A stretch of 64,000 nucleotides of DNA, from the NCBI GenBank assembly GCA_049521795.1, contig JBEKOM010000002.1, positions 96,001 to 160,000 on the forward strand, written 5' to 3'. Source of the DNA: Candidatus Bathyarchaeia archaeon. GTDB lineage: Archaea > Thermoproteota > Bathyarchaeia > Bathyarchaeales > Bathycorpusculaceae. The position numbers were made by a program, and so were the translations under genes. Position 1 is the first letter of the stretch. Each line of letters begins with the position of its first letter. Shown piece after piece: positions 61,005 through 64,000 of the stretch. Under the pieces are notes generated by a model. That model was not told where the DNA came from. It searched no databases and saw nothing but the letters and a program-made list of their open reading frames with translations.

Positions 61005-61790
61005 TTGCCAATAGTCGTAATCAAAAATCCAGGAAAGGATATATATGCAGTATTGGATGGTCACGACAGATATTGTCCGTGTCTCGAATTGGGAATAAAA
61101 GAAACGAAGTGCGCTTTTGCTGGTGATTTTTCAGGTTTAGTTTCATTTATGGCAAGGTATGGCTTTTTCCAGCCTGCAGCAGAAATAACAGAGTACATTT
61201 TAGTAGTTCATATGGGCGTTAGGTATCATGTTGGAAAAGGACTAAGACATTCGCGTTTGTTTTTCCAAAAGTTGAGAACCTTGTCGATAGATATGTTTTT
61301 CACGCCTACGGAATGGACAATAAAAAAGGCAAAAAGAAAACCAGCACTAAGAATGAAGACTGAAAGTGTGAAAAATGAAGACTGCAAATTCAAAGTATTG
61401 TTTGTGTGCACTGGTAATGCATATCGAAGTCCAATATGTGAAGCACTTCTCAAGAAACTTAGACCAGATTTAGAAGTGGATTCTGCAGGGACAAGAATTG
61501 CAAGAAAAATCACGAAAGAAGCAAGAGAATACTTGATGTCAGAAGATGCTATACAGTATCTTAAGAAGACACCTGAAAGCATTGACAGCAAACAATTGGA
61601 GCAGTATGATATTATCATTGCTATGGAACAGAGACACAGAGACTCAGTCTTAAAGAAATGTCCTGATTGCAAGAACAAAGTAGTTGTTTGGAATGTTCGA
61701 GATAAGATTCCTTTTTTGCATAGACGGACTGAAAAGATTAACAACCAGATGAAAGAGAATGTCACCGAATATGCCGGGTCATTAGCATAA
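61005..61790 (+). CDS. ParB-like fragment in frame with a low-molecular-weight phosphatase/ArsC-family domain (phosphatase may start at ATG near 61353)
   Basis: YAVLDGHDRY; LFVCTGNAYRS (CX5R), SAGT, DIIIAME. Confidence 0.7.
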   Translation: MPIVVIKNPGKDIYAVLDGHDRYCPCLELGIKETKCAFAGDFSGLVSFMARYGFFQPAAEITEYILVVHMGVRYHVGKGLRHSRLFFQKLRTLSIDMFFTPTEWTIKKAKRKPALRMKTESVKNEDCKFKVLFVCTGNAYRSPICEALLKKLRPDLEVDSAGTRIARKITKEAREYLMSEDAIQYLKKTPESIDSKQLEQYDIIIAMEQRHRDSVLKKCPDCKNKVVVWNVRDKIPFLHRRTEKINNQMKENVTEYAGSLA

Positions 61791-61929
61791 GACTCACAAA
61801 TCTCGCGCGCTACTTTTTCTTTCGCAGAACGTTCCTCAAGTTGTCTTCTTCAGGATGCTGGTGTGAACAATCAGCGAGTGTTTAGAAGCGGGCTAGCTGA
61901 CCACGCGGGCAGACAGCAGCCTACTTTCA

Positions 61930-62185
61930 GGACATCGTAACGCTAGTTCCACTTGCGACTGTCAAACCTTCCGCAGAATGAATCGATCTAGTGCAGGATC
62001 TCATCATGAAGTTCGACAACCAAAGGTCGTGGGAAAGCGAGTTTGACACGTGCCAGGTCCCCTGTCATGAGAACGTTTGGCTCTTCGGAAGTTGTCCCGG
62101 TCCTGATGTCCGTCTTTTCCTTGATCTCCATTAGAGATCATCTTGATTGTGCTGTTCCAACATGAATAATTGGTGAATAAGCGCG
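61930..62185 (-). pseudogene. Relic of an EF-1alpha/CysN-like GTPase domain III
   Basis: AYSPIIHVGTAQSR*SLMEIKEKTDIRTG..TGDLARVKL..PLVVE, frameshift PALDRFILR, frameshift GLTVASG. Confidence 0.65.
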
Positions 62186-62215
62186 CTCTTCTGAGCAGAT
62201 AAAATGGGGGGTTTT

Positions 62216-62581
62216 CTATCTTGTTAGCAGTCCACCTATGAGTCCGCCGATTGTTGATGCGATCGCTCCGAAGATAGCAAGTATGATCGCTATAATTCCG
62301 ACGGCCAGACCAGCGAAGAAGCCAAAAAATCCGCCTAGGATTCCGCTTGTCAATGCCCCTGCCGCCACAAAGCCTATGATTGCCAGTATTGCAAAGATGA
62401 TCCCGCCGAATATTCCCGCGAGGAAGCCGGCTAAGGCTCCTCTTCCTATCCCTCGAGCAATGAGCCCTGCCACAAGCCCACCAATGAACCCGCCTATTAG
62501 GTGTCCAATTCCTGGAAACAGCCAGGCAAGAGCCAGTGTTATGAGAAAGCCAACGAAAGCTCCCAGCCATATGCTTCCTAT
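62216..62581 (-). CDS. Gly-rich small membrane protein (DUF5518-like), probable ATA start
   Basis: Frame extends to (I)GSIWLGAFVG; AGGTGA 6 nt upstream of ATA; GxxxG-rich TMs. Confidence 0.7.
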   Translation of the reverse strand: MGSIWLGAFVGFLITLALAWLFPGIGHLIGGFIGGLVAGLIARGIGRGALAGFLAGIFGGIIFAILAIIGFVAAGALTSGILGGFFGFFAGLAVGIIAIILAIFGAIASTIGGLIGGLLTR

Positions 62582-62895
62582 GTTTTCTCACCTTGCCTCT
62601 TCAGATAAGTGCGACCAATATAAAGGATTTGTGTGAAATCAGTTTCAAAAGAAAGAGTCTGCCGCCAGCGCTATAGGTTTCATGGCTTATTCGGGGTTGT
62701 TGGGGCAGATGGGACCACTGGATTGGTTCGTCGACTTCCTGGTTTCAGTGATCATTATACTCGGCAGAGGCTAGCCGCAGATTGGAGAATAGCAGAGTTT
62801 TACATTGGCACGCGCTAAGGTGAATTGCTTAAACATTGACAGATAGAAATTCATAAATAGAAGTTTCACAAACCGAAATTAAGAGTGAAAGAGGT

Positions 62896-63087
62896 GTGAA
62901 ATTGGCAGGAGAACGTTTTGAAATATTCAAAGATGCGGTAGGAAAATTCAGGTTCAGACTTAGAGCTCAAAATGGGGAGATTATAGCGGAAAGTGGAGCC
63001 TACGTATCAAAAGAGAGCTGCCAAAAAGGGATAGCGTCAGTCAAGGAAAATGCTTCTAAAGCAGAAATAAAAGACTACACAGCCTAG
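62896..63087 (+). CDS. YegP/DUF1508 family protein
   Basis: FEIFKD..GKFRFRLRAQNGEIIA.S..Y.SK..C.KGI.SVK.NA. Confidence 0.88.
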   Translation: MKLAGERFEIFKDAVGKFRFRLRAQNGEIIAESGAYVSKESCQKGIASVKENASKAEIKDYTA

Positions 63088-63242
63088 AAACTCACACTTT
63101 CTCTTTTTTCAAACTTCTGCATCTGCCTGAGTCCCTCTGGTTCAGCCATTACTCTTGCCGAGTTTTCCCATCGGTGTCTTGTCAGCACGGTTCTACGAAG
63201 TTTTATATACGGGTCATGGCGATTTATCTCAGGGAGCCAGCT

Positions 63243-63407
63243 ATGGATATATTTTGGACGATCGTTGTCATTCTCGTGATATTGTGGGCATTGGGTTTCT
63301 TTGCAGGCGTAGGCGAACTGATACATATACTGCTTGTGATTGCCGTAATCATAGTAGTCTATCGGCTTTTGACTGGAAGACATATCTTGAGTGGACAAAA
63401 AAGATAG
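63243..63407 (+). CDS. Lmo0937-like small membrane protein
   Basis: WTIVVILVILWALGF..LIHILLVIAVI..RLLTGR; GGGAG upstream. Confidence 0.8.
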   Translation: MDIFWTIVVILVILWALGFFAGVGELIHILLVIAVIIVVYRLLTGRHILSGQKR

Positions 63408-63479
63408 CGTTCACAGACCGCATCGCACCATCCAATAACTCGCGCGCCCTGGACTCACCGACTTCAATGCCTGCAGCAA

Positions 63480-63847
63480 GTGTCTGCACTGTCACAGAGT
63501 CTTGGGTTGACAGAGGAGACCTGCTTTCCGCGCATTACTGCATGAACTGCTCCATCGACTTGCTCCTCAAGACGGTCTTCGCCTTGAACAAGGAATTCTT
63601 GCCTCCACCAAAATGGAGAGTGTTCTACTTTCGAAATTTGAAATGGCTTCCCGGTAACCATGGACTCTTGAACGACGCAATCAACTTGAAAGGGCTAACG
63701 GTAGAAGATCCAAATCGGCGATTGAAGAGCCTCAGAGAAATATGGCAGGTGATCCTCGTCAAGATGCAAGAAGAAACAGGGCTCAGCTCAGATCAGATAA
63801 CCAAGTACCACGTTGAAAGGGTTCTGCACCAAACGCCGGTTCATTAA
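63480..63847 (+). pseudogene. C-terminal fragment of a nucleotidyltransferase-associated (DUF4037-like) helical domain
   Basis: WVDRGDLLSAH..VFALNKEFLP.PKW..LKWLP; N-terminal domain absent. Confidence 0.5.
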
Positions 63848-64000
63848 GGCCCACCCATAGCAATTTGACAACTCAAAGAGCGAATGGACTGAGCACGTAG
63901 AATGAACTCTTGCAAAAATCAGCATCGTTTGATGCAAATTAAACCGAGGCAAGAGCGTTCTAAGGGTTAAATTTAAGAACAGATGAAACTTTCATATACA

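Noticed and set aside
63155-63847. 230-aa ORF as one intact gene
   Set aside because: Its first half overlaps the Lmo0937-like gene in another frame; only the last 120 or so residues look protein-like.
55923-64000. Integrated element at tRNA-Arg or tRNA-Ile
   Set aside because: The region is accessory-like, but no integrase or duplicated tRNA 3' end was found within the window.

Overview
Archaeal chromosome segment, most consistent with Bathyarchaeia. This is an inference from archaeal information genes (Nop5, fibrillarin, Trm1, IleRS, MetRS), an RHH-FtsZ pair, a two-subunit tungsten AOR and many NosD/CARDB/cohesin/dockerin exoproteins. Housekeeping blocks and three tRNAs (Ala-CGC, Arg-UCG, Ile-GAU) alternate with accessory regions. 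Main signals: (1) eight secreted cohesin and/or dockerin proteins with no recognisable CAZyme, one with a PEF-type membrane anchor; all five cohesin+dockerin genes share a fixed-spacing operator-TATA promoter, and the family shows recent module duplication and decay; (2) a 1.6-kb transposase-less element with 51-bp terminal inverted repeats, an 8-bp target duplication and passenger genes; (3) (CG)n tracts concentrated in intergenic DNA; (4) a 3x35-bp tandem array; (5) a degenerate FtsZ, an apparently circularly permuted MscL, probable CTG/ATA start codons and an EF-1alpha-like relic. No CRISPR array, rRNA, integrase or reverse transcriptase was seen. All calls are from motif recognition by eye, without database searches.
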